Program-made: the position numbers and the translations under genes
Shown here: piece after piece, positions 39,051 to 47,807 of the stretch
How the letters are laid out: each line of letters begins with the position of its first letter
How positions within the stretch are numbered: the stretch's first letter is position 1
Assembly (NCBI GenBank): GCA_007376425.1
Contig: VMGG01000004.1
Span: 1 to 55,441, forward strand
DNA: 55,441 bases
Reading direction: 5' to 3'
DNA from: Parcubacteria group bacterium Gr01-1014_2
GTDB lineage: Bacteria; Patescibacteriota; Minisyncoccia; 2-02-FULL-40-12
Notes under the pieces: generated by a model
What the model was told of the DNA's origin: nothing
Seen by the model: only the letters and a program-made list of their open reading frames with translations
Database searches by the model: none

Positions 39051-39620
39051 ATGCTCGGTATGAACGATTTAAGAATCGGAACTTTTTTTATTGTAGAAGG
39101 GCAACCTTTCGAGGTTTTGTTTTCTCAGCATTTGAAGATGCAGCAGCGCCGGCCCGTAATGCAGACTAAGATAAAAAACCTTATTACTGGTAAAATTGTT
39201 GAAAGGAATTTTCAGCAGTCTGATTACTTTGAAGAAGCTGACATTCAGAAAAAAGAAGTAAAGTTTTTATACTCGCATCGGGATGAATTTTGGTTTTCAG
39301 AAACAGATGACTCATCTAAGAGGTTTAAACTGGGCAATGATATAATCGGCGAGGCATCCAAATTTTTAAAACCGAATACGATTATCACTTCCCTACTCTT
39401 CAATAGCCAAATTATAAATATAAAATTGCCTGTAAAAATGGATTTCAAAGTGGTTGAAGCTCCACCATCAACCCGAGGCAATACTGCTCAAGGAGGGACC
39501 AAGCAAGTTAAGCTTGAAACCGGCGCCATGGTAGACGCACCTCTTTTTATCAATGAGGGAGATATTATTCGGATTAATACTCAAACTGGAGAATACGCAG
39601 AAAGAGTTGAAAAAAGATAG
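39051..39620 (+). CDS. efp: Elongation factor P
   Basis: RGNTAQGGTK, LETG and PLFINEGD motifs. Confidence 0.95.
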   Translation: MLGMNDLRIGTFFIVEGQPFEVLFSQHLKMQQRRPVMQTKIKNLITGKIVERNFQQSDYFEEADIQKKEVKFLYSHRDEFWFSETDDSSKRFKLGNDIIGEASKFLKPNTIITSLLFNSQIINIKLPVKMDFKVVEAPPSTRGNTAQGGTKQVKLETGAMVDAPLFINEGDIIRINTQTGEYAERVEKR

Positions 39621-39790
39621 CTCAAATCAGAAATTGATATTGCCTCACGGCTTTCTTATATTTTAACAAAAGGAAAAGGCGCTGGATTTCTCCAATTTTG
39701 GTGAGATTTGATGTTGTGAAATTCCTTTGATATTGTTAAATGTAGCATCTTTCTGCATGAGGCAGGAGGGATTGATCAAGGAGTATAGGG

Positions 39791-40123
39791 ATGAAACTCA
39801 AGAATGCGTATAACGCGGTAGGTCTTGCGTGCCTCGTTGGTGCAATGGTCTTCGAGATTGTTTTTTTCAACAATCTCTTCTCGCACGGCTTTACGTCTGC
39901 TGCGGCTGGAGCAGGGACGGGATTCGTTGTTTCCATCTTGGTAACGTTTGTTTGCATGAGATGGGCATACGGGGCAGCTTCCTTCAGGAGGATATATGCC
40001 GTAGAGCCGCCGAATGTGTTTGAAAACCGAGAAATTGAAGGTGTGCCGATTCGCGACGCGATCCAAAATATAGTGGACGCGAGAATGGACGAACTGAGTC
40101 GCTCTTTGTCACAAATGACGTGA
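39791..40123 (+). CDS. Two-TM membrane protein (GC-richer cassette cargo)
   Basis: 110 aa; SD aaggag; followed by hairpin gaggcccc/ggggcctc at about 40173-40200. Confidence 0.7.
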   Translation: MKLKNAYNAVGLACLVGAMVFEIVFFNNLFSHGFTSAAAGAGTGFVVSILVTFVCMRWAYGAASFRRIYAVEPPNVFENREIEGVPIRDAIQNIVDARMDELSRSLSQMT

Positions 40124-40255
40124 AGCGCTTCTTAACGCGGCGTCCCACTAAGAAGTTCCTTCTAAGCACGTTGAGGCCCCGACTTTTTACGGGGCCTCTT
40201 ACATTATTTTTTTAGACTGCGCCGGCGAAGCCCGAAAAAAAAGTTTTTAAAATAA

Positions 40256-40435
40256 CGAAAAGCCCGCAGGGTATAGCCATTGAGGAACATCCGGAGCCGA
40301 GCCGTTAAGAGAAGATAAGATAGGTAGCGAGGCGATGGATGAGCGAGGGTTTATTCTGATAAACAGGAAATAAGAGAATTATTAAAGTTGTATGAGGCCG
40401 AGCGTTTCCTTAATGGCTGTACCCGAGAGGCTTTT
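40256..40435 (-). repeat. Palindromic element family A, copy 6
   Basis: cgaaaagcccgcagggtatagccatt...aatggctgtacccgagaggctttt. Confidence 0.9.
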
Positions 40436-40722
40436 TGCACGGCATCACTCCTTTCTTCTCCGCAAAACCGCTAATCCTACTATTCCAGCTAGCGCCCACC
40501 AGAATTGGGCGGTTTCTGTTTTAAAATAGGCAAAAATCGGATGATCCAGTTTGGCCAAAATTTCAGCCGGCAGTAAAACCGTGATACGACTCACAAAAAC
40601 CCCAAGGATTAAAACGCTCAAAAAACAAGAACCAAAAAATAAGAGGTTGGTTTAGAGAGGTTTTCTAAAATGTTGGCGAAGTTGTCTAATATCAATCTTA
40701 ATATTATTATAGAATAAACATA

Positions 40723-41976
40723 ATGATAGTCAAAAAACTCAAGAAGATCTGGCGGTTTTTCGGTCCTGGTTTTATTACCGGAGCCGTGGATGATGACCCT
40801 GTTGGGATTGCCACTTATGCCATCGCTGGTTCAAAACTTGGTTTCTCTTCTCTTTGGACTGCTTTTTTCACCTATCCTTTGATGACCGCGGTTCAGGAAA
40901 TGTGCGCGAGAATAGGGATTATTACCAAAATGGGTCTTGCTGGCGTACTCAAAAAGCATTACCCATTTTTATTTTTGGTTTTGGTGGCCCTTTTGATGGT
41001 CTCGGCCAATATCTTGAATATCGGGGCCGACATTTCAGGAATGAGCGCGACAACTAATCTTTTGATTCCATGGGTACCAGAAAAAGCTTTAGCTCTGGTT
41101 TATTCTTTATTAATAGTTTATCTTATGATTTTTTTGAATTTTAAAAAATTAATCAAGTATTTTAAATGGCTTTCTCTCACCCTTCTTTTTTATATGGCGG
41201 CGGCGCTTTTTGTCCCTCATGACTGGACCGAAGTTTTAAAATATATAATTACCCCAAAATTAACCTTGAATAAAGAGACAATTTCTTTAATCATTGCGGT
41301 CTTTGGCACGACTATTTCCCCTTATCTTTTCTTTTGGCAGACGACTGAAGAAGCAATTGAAGAAAAAAATCACCATCATGAGCATTGGCATATCCATGAC
41401 GAAAAGCTTAAAAAAGAAATAACTCATATGGAAGAAGACGTCTCTCTGGGAATGTTTTTTTCAAATTTAATAATGTTTTTTGTAATGATGCTGGCGGCGA
41501 CTTTGTTTTTCGGGCAGGGGGTAAGCATCACTACTATTAATGAATTGTCCAAATTACTGAAGCCGCTCCTTGGTTCTTTGGGGCAATGGATTTTTACCTT
41601 TGGAATTGTTGGCACCGGCCTTTTAGTAATTCCGGTTTTAGCGGCAAGTTCGGCCTACATCTTGGCTGAAACATTTGGCTGGAAAGAGGGACTGGAGAAA
41701 AAATTCCATCGGGCGAAAGAATTTTATTTAGTGATTATCCTTTCAACTCTTCTGGCTCTATTAATGAACTATTTTAATTTTAATCCCGTTAAACTTCTTT
41801 TTTATACCGCCTTATTCCATGGAATAATTTCGCCTTTCCTGATTTTGACTATTCTTTCTATTTCTAATAATAAAAAAGTGATGGGCACTTACGTGAATTC
41901 AAGTCTAAGTAATATATTGGGATTTGGAGCCTTTATGATAATGGCCGTGGCTGTAATTTTATATTTCATCTTATGA
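40723..41976 (+). CDS. NRAMP-family divalent metal transporter
   Basis: GPGFITGAVDDDP, QEMCAR and FGTTISPYLFFWQ motifs. Confidence 0.9.
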   Translation: MIVKKLKKIWRFFGPGFITGAVDDDPVGIATYAIAGSKLGFSSLWTAFFTYPLMTAVQEMCARIGIITKMGLAGVLKKHYPFLFLVLVALLMVSANILNIGADISGMSATTNLLIPWVPEKALALVYSLLIVYLMIFLNFKKLIKYFKWLSLTLLFYMAAALFVPHDWTEVLKYIITPKLTLNKETISLIIAVFGTTISPYLFFWQTTEEAIEEKNHHHEHWHIHDEKLKKEITHMEEDVSLGMFFSNLIMFFVMMLAATLFFGQGVSITTINELSKLLKPLLGSLGQWIFTFGIVGTGLLVIPVLAASSAYILAETFGWKEGLEKKFHRAKEFYLVIILSTLLALLMNYFNFNPVKLLFYTALFHGIISPFLILTILSISNNKKVMGTYVNSSLSNILGFGAFMIMAVAVILYFIL

Positions 41977-43379
41977 TTAAGTTTTTAAATACCCTATCCG
42001 GGCAAAAAGAAGAATTTATTCCGATAAAAAACAAAAAAGTCGGTATTTTTGTCTGCGGGCCGACGGTTTACGACTGGCCCCACATCGGCCACGCTCGGAC
42101 TTACGTTATTTTTGACGTTATCGTTAAATACCTGCGCTACAAGGGCTATAAAGTTAAATTTGTGATGAATATTACTGACATTGACGATAAAATAATTGAC
42201 CGGGCAAAAGAAGAAAAGAAAACATGGAAAGAGGTAGCCGAGTTTTACGAAAAGGATTTTATGAAAGACATTGCAGAGTTAGGCATTAACAGCGTCGATA
42301 AATTCGCCAGAGCCACCGAACACACCGAACAAATCATTAAACAAATAAAAGTTCTTATTGAAAAAGGTTATGCTTATCAAACTGAAGATGGAATCTATTT
42401 TGACATTTCAAAATTTGATGATTACGGCAAACTTTCCAAAAGAACTGTTGAGCAGGCCGAAGACGCTGTTTCAAGAATTGACGAATCAATAAATAAAAGA
42501 AATAAAGGCGATTTTGTTTTATGGCGGTTGTCAAAAGAGGGTGAACCAGCGTGGGATTTTGAAACAGGAATAACTAATTCGGCGGGCCGGCCTGGCTGGC
42601 ATATCGAGGATACAGCCATTTCTGAAAAATATCTTGGCCAGCAATATGAAATCCATGGCGGCGGCCAAGATTTAATATTCCCCCATCATGAAGCTGAAAT
42701 CGCCCAAGCCGAAGCCGCTTCAGGGGAAAAGCCTTTCGTAAAATACTGGCTTCATTCTGGTTTTCTTACTATTAACGGCCAAAAAATGTCAAAATCTCTT
42801 AAAAATTTTATAACCATCAAGGATATTTTAAAAGGATACTTGCCAGAAGCAGTAAGATTTATGATTTTAAGCACCCATTACCGCTCCCCTATTGATTACA
42901 AAGAAGACTTGATTAAACAATCAGAAGCCGGAATTCAAAGAGTTTTGGAATTAGTCAACAAGCTTGAGTTGATAAAAAAATCAGGCCCTGAAGAAAAAAA
43001 AGTAGAGATCGACGAGATTATAAAGAATGTCCAAATGGAATTTAATGCCAAAATGGACGATGATTTTAATACTCCCGAAGCAGTGGCAGCTTTATTTAAT
43101 TTCATCAGAATAGTAAACAGTTTTATTGATAATCAAAATTTAGACAGAAAATCAGCTGAAAAAGCTATTGGGGTTTTAAAAGAAATAGACGAGGTCTTTG
43201 GAATTCTTCCTAAAAAAGAATCCGGAATACCGGAAAAAATCTTTGAATTAGTCCAAAATCGCGAGAAGTTAAGAAAAGAAAAAGCTTGGCTTGAAGCTGA
43301 TAAAGTCAGGGATGAAGTTAAATCTCTTGGTTATTCCATTGAAGACACGCCCTATGGGCCGTTAGTTAAGAAGTCTTAG
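41973..43379 (+). CDS. cysS: Cysteinyl-tRNA synthetase
   Basis: CGPTVYD..HIGH, GRPGWHIE, FPHHE and KMSKS motifs. Confidence 0.97.
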   Translation: MIKFLNTLSGQKEEFIPIKNKKVGIFVCGPTVYDWPHIGHARTYVIFDVIVKYLRYKGYKVKFVMNITDIDDKIIDRAKEEKKTWKEVAEFYEKDFMKDIAELGINSVDKFARATEHTEQIIKQIKVLIEKGYAYQTEDGIYFDISKFDDYGKLSKRTVEQAEDAVSRIDESINKRNKGDFVLWRLSKEGEPAWDFETGITNSAGRPGWHIEDTAISEKYLGQQYEIHGGGQDLIFPHHEAEIAQAEAASGEKPFVKYWLHSGFLTINGQKMSKSLKNFITIKDILKGYLPEAVRFMILSTHYRSPIDYKEDLIKQSEAGIQRVLELVNKLELIKKSGPEEKKVEIDEIIKNVQMEFNAKMDDDFNTPEAVAALFNFIRIVNSFIDNQNLDRKSAEKAIGVLKEIDEVFGILPKKESGIPEKIFELVQNREKLRKEKAWLEADKVRDEVKSLGYSIEDTPYGPLVKKS

Positions 43380-43567
43380 CGAAAACCTTCCCTCGGTATA
43401 TGTCTTCGGGAACCGCTCGTCCAGCCCAGCGAGCGGGACTCGCTGTACTTACGACCTCGCAAAGTCAAGACTCGTTCTGCTTCGCAGAACTTTAAACAAT
43501 CTTGACTTACCCTGCTGCTCGGTCTCCAGAACTTCCCGAGAGACATATCCCTCGCGGTTTTCGCTAA
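43376..43567. repeat. Nested palindromic element, family D, overlapping the cysS stop
   Basis: ttagcgaaaacc/ggttttcgctaa ends; inner aagtcaaga/tcttgactt and gttctgc/gcagaac stems. Confidence 0.75.
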
Positions 43568-43603
43568 TCTACCTTTCCCAAAGTGAAGGGTATTAATTCA
43601 AAA

Positions 43604-43861
43604 CGAAAAGCCCGCAGGGCACAGCCATTAGTTTCACTCCGGCCGCAGGGGTATAATCAATTTCTGAGCCTGGGGAGTCGTCTTAGAAAATAGCCGGTAT
43701 CTTTATGAAGAATTGCCGATGACAAATCTATGGTGGAGGTACCCTGATTTGTCGGCAATTCGAATAAAGTGCCGCGCTATTTTCAAGAAGGGGCACCAAA
43801 CGAAGAAATTGATTGTACCCCGAGAGACGGTTCCGAGATGGCTGTGCCCGAGAGGCTTTTC
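43604..43861 (-). repeat. Composite element: family A termini enclosing a family B body
   Basis: cgaaaagcccgcagggcacagccat...atggctgtgcccgagaggcttttc around a family B core. Confidence 0.88.
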
Positions 43862-43892
43862 AAATAATTCTCAACACTCTATCCCCTACTAA

Positions 43893-43925
43893 AAGTAAGT
43901 AGTAAGTAGTAAGTAGTAAGTAGTA
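43893..43925 (+). repeat. Heptamer tandem repeat (AAGTAGT)x4 directly before the dnaB ATG
   Basis: aagtaagtagtaagtagtaagtagtaagtagta. Confidence 0.85.
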
Positions 43926-45265
43926 TGAATCAGATCGATAAATTGCCGCCGCAAAATCTTGAAGCTGAAAAATCCGTCCTCGGCTCTATTTTAATTGACA
44001 AAGATTCTTTAGAAAAAGTAATAGATATCTTAAGGCCCGATGATTTTTACGGCCGCCAGCACCAGCTAATTTTTGGAGCGATGGTCAGTCTTTTAGAAAA
44101 AAATGAACCGATAGATATTTTAACCGTGACTAATAAGCTTGAAGAATTCAAAGACCTGGAAAATGCCGGCGGGGCCGCTTATCTAACTTCTTTACTGGGC
44201 GTCACCCCGACTTCAGCTCATATTTTAAATTACGGGAAAATAGTTCAGCGGAAGAAAATTTTAAGAGACCTGATTGATTCGGCTCATAAAATTGTCAGCC
44301 TTGGCCATCAGGAAGAAGAAACTATCGAAAGAATCCTGGACCAGGCCGAGCAAAAGCTTTTTGCCGTTTCCCAGCGGTCAATCTCCCAAGAATTCTTAGC
44401 TTTAAAAGAAGGACTTCAGGAGGCTTTTGAACGGTTAGAGAGGCTTCATAAAGGCGATGGCGCTTTGCGGGGCCTTTCAACTGGCTTTGTTGATTTAGAT
44501 AATATCCTGGCTGGATTGCAACGTTCTGATTTGATTATTGTTGGTGCAAGGCCGTCCCTTGGCAAAACTACTTTGGCTTTGGATATGGCCAGAAATGTTG
44601 CCAGAAAAGAAAATATTGGAGTCGGTATTTTTAGTTTGGAAATGTCAAAAGATCAGGTGATAGATAGAATCTTGGCCTCCGAAGCCGGGATCGGTCTTTG
44701 GAAAATGAGGACTGGACATCTTTCGAGCGCCGGCGATTTTAATGATTTCTCAAAAATTTCAATTGCCTTAAACAACCTGTCTCAAGTTCCGATTTTCGTT
44801 GACGATACCCCATCCCCTACTATTTTGCAGATAAGAGCGATGGCGAGACGCTTGAGGTCAAAAAATAATTTAGGTCTTTTAGTAATTGACTATCTTCAAT
44901 TAGTCCAGCCTAGATCCGACATTGATGGCTATGTTCAGCAGGTAACTGATGTGGCGAATTCTTTAAAAGGATTAGCTCGTGAGCTGAATATTCCGGTTAT
45001 TGCCGTTTCCCAGTTATCAAGAGCAGTGGAAGCAAGGCCAGACCAAAGGCCAAGACTTTCTGATTTAAGAGAGTCTGGCGGGATTGAGCAGGCCGCGGAT
45101 TTGGTGATGTTTATTCATCGGGAAGATAAAGTCAGACGGGATTCTGATCGAAAAAACATTGCTGAAATAATCATTGCCAAGCACCGCAACGGCCCCACCG
45201 GCGTAATTGAGCTTTACTTTGACGAAGAAGAGGTGAGTTTTAAGAACTTAGCGAAAAATATTTAG
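43925..45265 (+). CDS. dnaB: Replicative DNA helicase
   Basis: ARPSLGKT, FSLEM, IDYLQL, SDLRESGGIEQ and KHRNGP motifs. Confidence 0.97.
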   Translation: MNQIDKLPPQNLEAEKSVLGSILIDKDSLEKVIDILRPDDFYGRQHQLIFGAMVSLLEKNEPIDILTVTNKLEEFKDLENAGGAAYLTSLLGVTPTSAHILNYGKIVQRKKILRDLIDSAHKIVSLGHQEEETIERILDQAEQKLFAVSQRSISQEFLALKEGLQEAFERLERLHKGDGALRGLSTGFVDLDNILAGLQRSDLIIVGARPSLGKTTLALDMARNVARKENIGVGIFSLEMSKDQVIDRILASEAGIGLWKMRTGHLSSAGDFNDFSKISIALNNLSQVPIFVDDTPSPTILQIRAMARRLRSKNNLGLLVIDYLQLVQPRSDIDGYVQQVTDVANSLKGLARELNIPVIAVSQLSRAVEARPDQRPRLSDLRESGGIEQAADLVMFIHREDKVRRDSDRKNIAEIIIAKHRNGPTGVIELYFDEEEVSFKNLAKNI

Positions 45266-45278
45266 AAACCCTGAATCG

Positions 45279-45456
45279 GGTGTAATCAATTTCTTCGTTT
45301 GGTGCCCCTTCTTGAAAATAGCACGTCACTTTGCTCGAATTGCCGATAACTAGGGCGTGTCTACCCCTTTATCCCCTAGCTTATAAGCGGCAATTCTTCG
45401 CAAAGATACCGGCTATTTTCTAAGACGACTCCCCACGCTCAGAAATTGATTACACC
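45279..45456 (+). repeat. Palindromic element family B
   Basis: Perfect 16-bp IR ggtgtaatcaatttct/agaaattgattacacc; family B core. Confidence 0.9.
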
Positions 45457-45475
45457 TTTATTTATAATAAAACTA

Positions 45476-45757
45476 ATGGCTAAAAGAAAAAAATCAAAAA
45501 ACGGCTCTCCGGAAATTGGAGCAATATCCGAATACTTTGAAGATCAAGTAAAAGTAATAGCCGAGCATATCCTAAGTATAAATAAGAAACTTGGGAAACT
45601 TGAGGCTATTGAAGAAGCGATAATGTTAACACAAGAAAATATGGAGATTATGAAAATGGATATGGAGTTTATTAAACACGGATTTAAGATAAAAGTAGAT
45701 ATTGACGAGTTCGCCGTTCTGGAAAAAAGAGTTTCCAAATTAGAAAGCCGTTTATAA
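45476..45757 (+). CDS. Small coiled-coil hypothetical protein
   Basis: ATG at 45476; C-terminal LEKRVSKLE pattern. Confidence 0.65.
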   Translation: MAKRKKSKNGSPEIGAISEYFEDQVKVIAEHILSINKKLGKLEAIEEAIMLTQENMEIMKMDMEFIKHGFKIKVDIDEFAVLEKRVSKLESRL

Positions 45758-45780
45758 GTTTTGAAAAATAAAGCTTTCCT

Positions 45781-45884
45781 CGGCTATACCCCTCGCCGAT
45801 CTTTTTTTTCAAATTTACGTTTTAACATACTATAGCATATTAAGCCGAGCGTTTCCGAAATGGCTATACCCGAGAGGCTTTTCG
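45781..45884. repeat. Fragments of the element family (single arm and family A end)
   Basis: cggctatacccctcgc (45781-45796); gccgagcgtttccgaaatggctatacccgagaggcttttcg (45844-45884). Confidence 0.8.
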
Positions 45885-45886
45885 CC

Positions 45887-46198
45887 TTAAGAAATACTTA
45901 AAATCTCAACTTCGGTAAAGAACTGCCTGTGGCCCTTTTTCTTTTTGTAGCGGGTCTTATGCATAAAGCGGAAAACAATTTTTTTCTCTCCCCTGCCCTG
46001 CTTTAAAACCTTTGCCCTGACTTTTATTCCTTCAAGATATGGCTGGCCGATTTTAATTTCCTTGCCGTTGGCAAAAAGTAAAACTTCATTAAATTCAAAT
46101 TCGTCGCCTTCATTTTGGTTTAGTTTTTCTATCTTTAATTTTTGACCCTCGGAAACAATATATTGTTTCCCGCCAGTTTTTATTATAGCGATATTCAT
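45887..46198 (-). CDS. rplU: 50S ribosomal protein L21
   Basis: MNIAIIKTGGKQY, IGQPY and KKGHRQ motifs; ATG at 46198. Confidence 0.96.
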   Translation of the reverse strand: MNIAIIKTGGKQYIVSEGQKLKIEKLNQNEGDEFEFNEVLLFANGKEIKIGQPYLEGIKVRAKVLKQGRGEKKIVFRFMHKTRYKKKKGHRQFFTEVEILSIS

Positions 46199-46200
46199 AG

Positions 46201-46273
46201 CGACCCCAATGGGATTCGAACCCATATTGCCGGAATGAGAATCCGACGTCCTAAACCATTAGACGATGGGGCC
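46201..46273 (-). tRNA. tRNA-Glu (CTC), CCA not encoded
   Basis: GGCCCCA/TGGGGTC acceptor stem; anticodon loop TTCTCAT; T-arm GGTTCGAATCC. Confidence 0.93.
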
Positions 46274-47681
46274 TTCGGCAAGTCCTCGATTGCTTTCTGG
46301 AAGATGATTTTCTCCTTTTACCTAGTAAATAACCCAAGATAAAAACTAAAGCGCCAAAAGGTATAGTTTGTCCTGAAATCCCGTCAAAAATATTGGCTAA
46401 GAAATTATTCCCTGCTCCGGCTTCTTCTCCCTTCACCGAAAACTTGGCAAAAACCGGGTCGCTATAAACGCCATTAGAATCAATGGCATGAACCCACCAG
46501 TTATAAGTATTGCCGGATTTAACCGGAACCTTTATTGAAGTCGAATCAAAATTATTCAAACAAAGGTAATGCGGGTTATTTGGGCAATTATTTCTTGAGT
46601 TTCTTTCGTCGGTTTTAATTCCTGGCTCTAGCCGAGCTGAGCTCGGCTCTAGCCGGACAGCATAAAACTTGGCTCCTTTGACTGAATCCCAAGATAAATT
46701 TATTTCTTCAGTGTCATTTGAGAATTCGTCGCCATTTGGTTTTAAGTTTGTCGGGGCCGCCAATTTTAATATTTTGATTGCAGGTGAAACTGAACCATCC
46801 GAAATAACCTGAACCGAACAAGTAGCTGAAGCAGTCTTCCCGACTGCATCAGTAATAGTCAGTTGAGCAGTTTTAGTTCCGGCTGTTCCAAAAGACAGCC
46901 GGACTGTTTGGGTATTTCCTGAAACATCGCCGCTCCATCTATAAGTTATCGGCTCGGTTCCGTAGCTTTGAGCGCCGGCAAAAATAATAGTCTGACCAAC
47001 TGAAGCTTTAGCCGGATTAGTAACACAAGCGGTATTAAACTGGCTGTTTGGCCGAATAAACGGAGTAATCGGAGTAGAACCAGACGGGTTTACAAATATG
47101 ACTTGGGTATCAGAAGCGTATTCACCTGAACTATTATTACAACGCAAAGTATAGCTAACCGTTGTTGAAGGAAAAACGGTTTCGCTTCCAAACGGCGGTC
47201 TAAGTCCAGACCAATAGCCCGATGCTTCACAGGACACAGCATTAGTTGAACTCCAGATTAAAGTAGTTGACTCCCCCCGGAAAATTGATTCTGGATTAGC
47301 AGTTACATTAACGCTTACAAGAGAACTCGATGTTTCACCCACCTGGACCCTCACTTGAGCAACGTTTGAATAACCAGAGACATTACTGCAAGTGATAAAA
47401 TAAGTGGCGGTTTCAGAAGGAGTTATTGTTTCATTCCCTGAAATAGCTCTGATTCCATACCAAGGGCTTTGAGCATTGCTATGAGCAACACAGCCATCGG
47501 TATTGGTTGAATTCCAGTTTAAATTAATTTTTTCGCCTTTGTTTACACTGGTAAGGTTGGAACTAATACTTACTGAAACCGGTCCGGTAGCCGCAAAACT
47601 GTTACTTGGAATAAAGTTAAAAAGGCCGTAGATTAAAAAGGCCAGAATAATTATAAATATCTTATTTTTTGAGGTTTTCAT
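46251..47681 (-). CDS. Secreted Ser/Thr-rich surface protein with Ig/PKD/FN3-like repeats and C-terminal TM
   Basis: Signal peptide; repeated L.WxSTN..C units; YRWSGD and YNWWV motifs. Confidence 0.75.
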   Translation of the reverse strand: MKTSKNKIFIIILAFLIYGLFNFIPSNSFAATGPVSVSISSNLTSVNKGEKINLNWNSTNTDGCVAHSNAQSPWYGIRAISGNETITPSETATYFITCSNVSGYSNVAQVRVQVGETSSSLVSVNVTANPESIFRGESTTLIWSSTNAVSCEASGYWSGLRPPFGSETVFPSTTVSYTLRCNNSSGEYASDTQVIFVNPSGSTPITPFIRPNSQFNTACVTNPAKASVGQTIIFAGAQSYGTEPITYRWSGDVSGNTQTVRLSFGTAGTKTAQLTITDAVGKTASATCSVQVISDGSVSPAIKILKLAAPTNLKPNGDEFSNDTEEINLSWDSVKGAKFYAVRLEPSSARLEPGIKTDERNSRNNCPNNPHYLCLNNFDSTSIKVPVKSGNTYNWWVHAIDSNGVYSDPVFAKFSVKGEEAGAGNNFLANIFDGISGQTIPFGALVFILGYLLGKRRKSSSRKQSRTCRRPHRLMV

Positions 47682-47807
47682 AGGGGTTTTTAAGCTTTTT
47701 TAGTATATCACTGGAAAAAGACTTTGTCAAATTCTAGTCGACCCCCTAAATAATTTTTTAGTTAATTTAATTGTCTGCTATTATCGTTGTATGCTATTAT
47801 TATTTTT

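Noticed and set aside
40436..40722. Metal-sensing riboswitch upstream of NRAMP
   Set aside because: No recognisable yybP-ykoY or M-box motifs by eye; an Rfam scan would be needed
9539..45884. Repeats as a CRISPR array
   Set aside because: Copies are dispersed, long and in both orientations; no repeat-spacer periodicity and no cas genes
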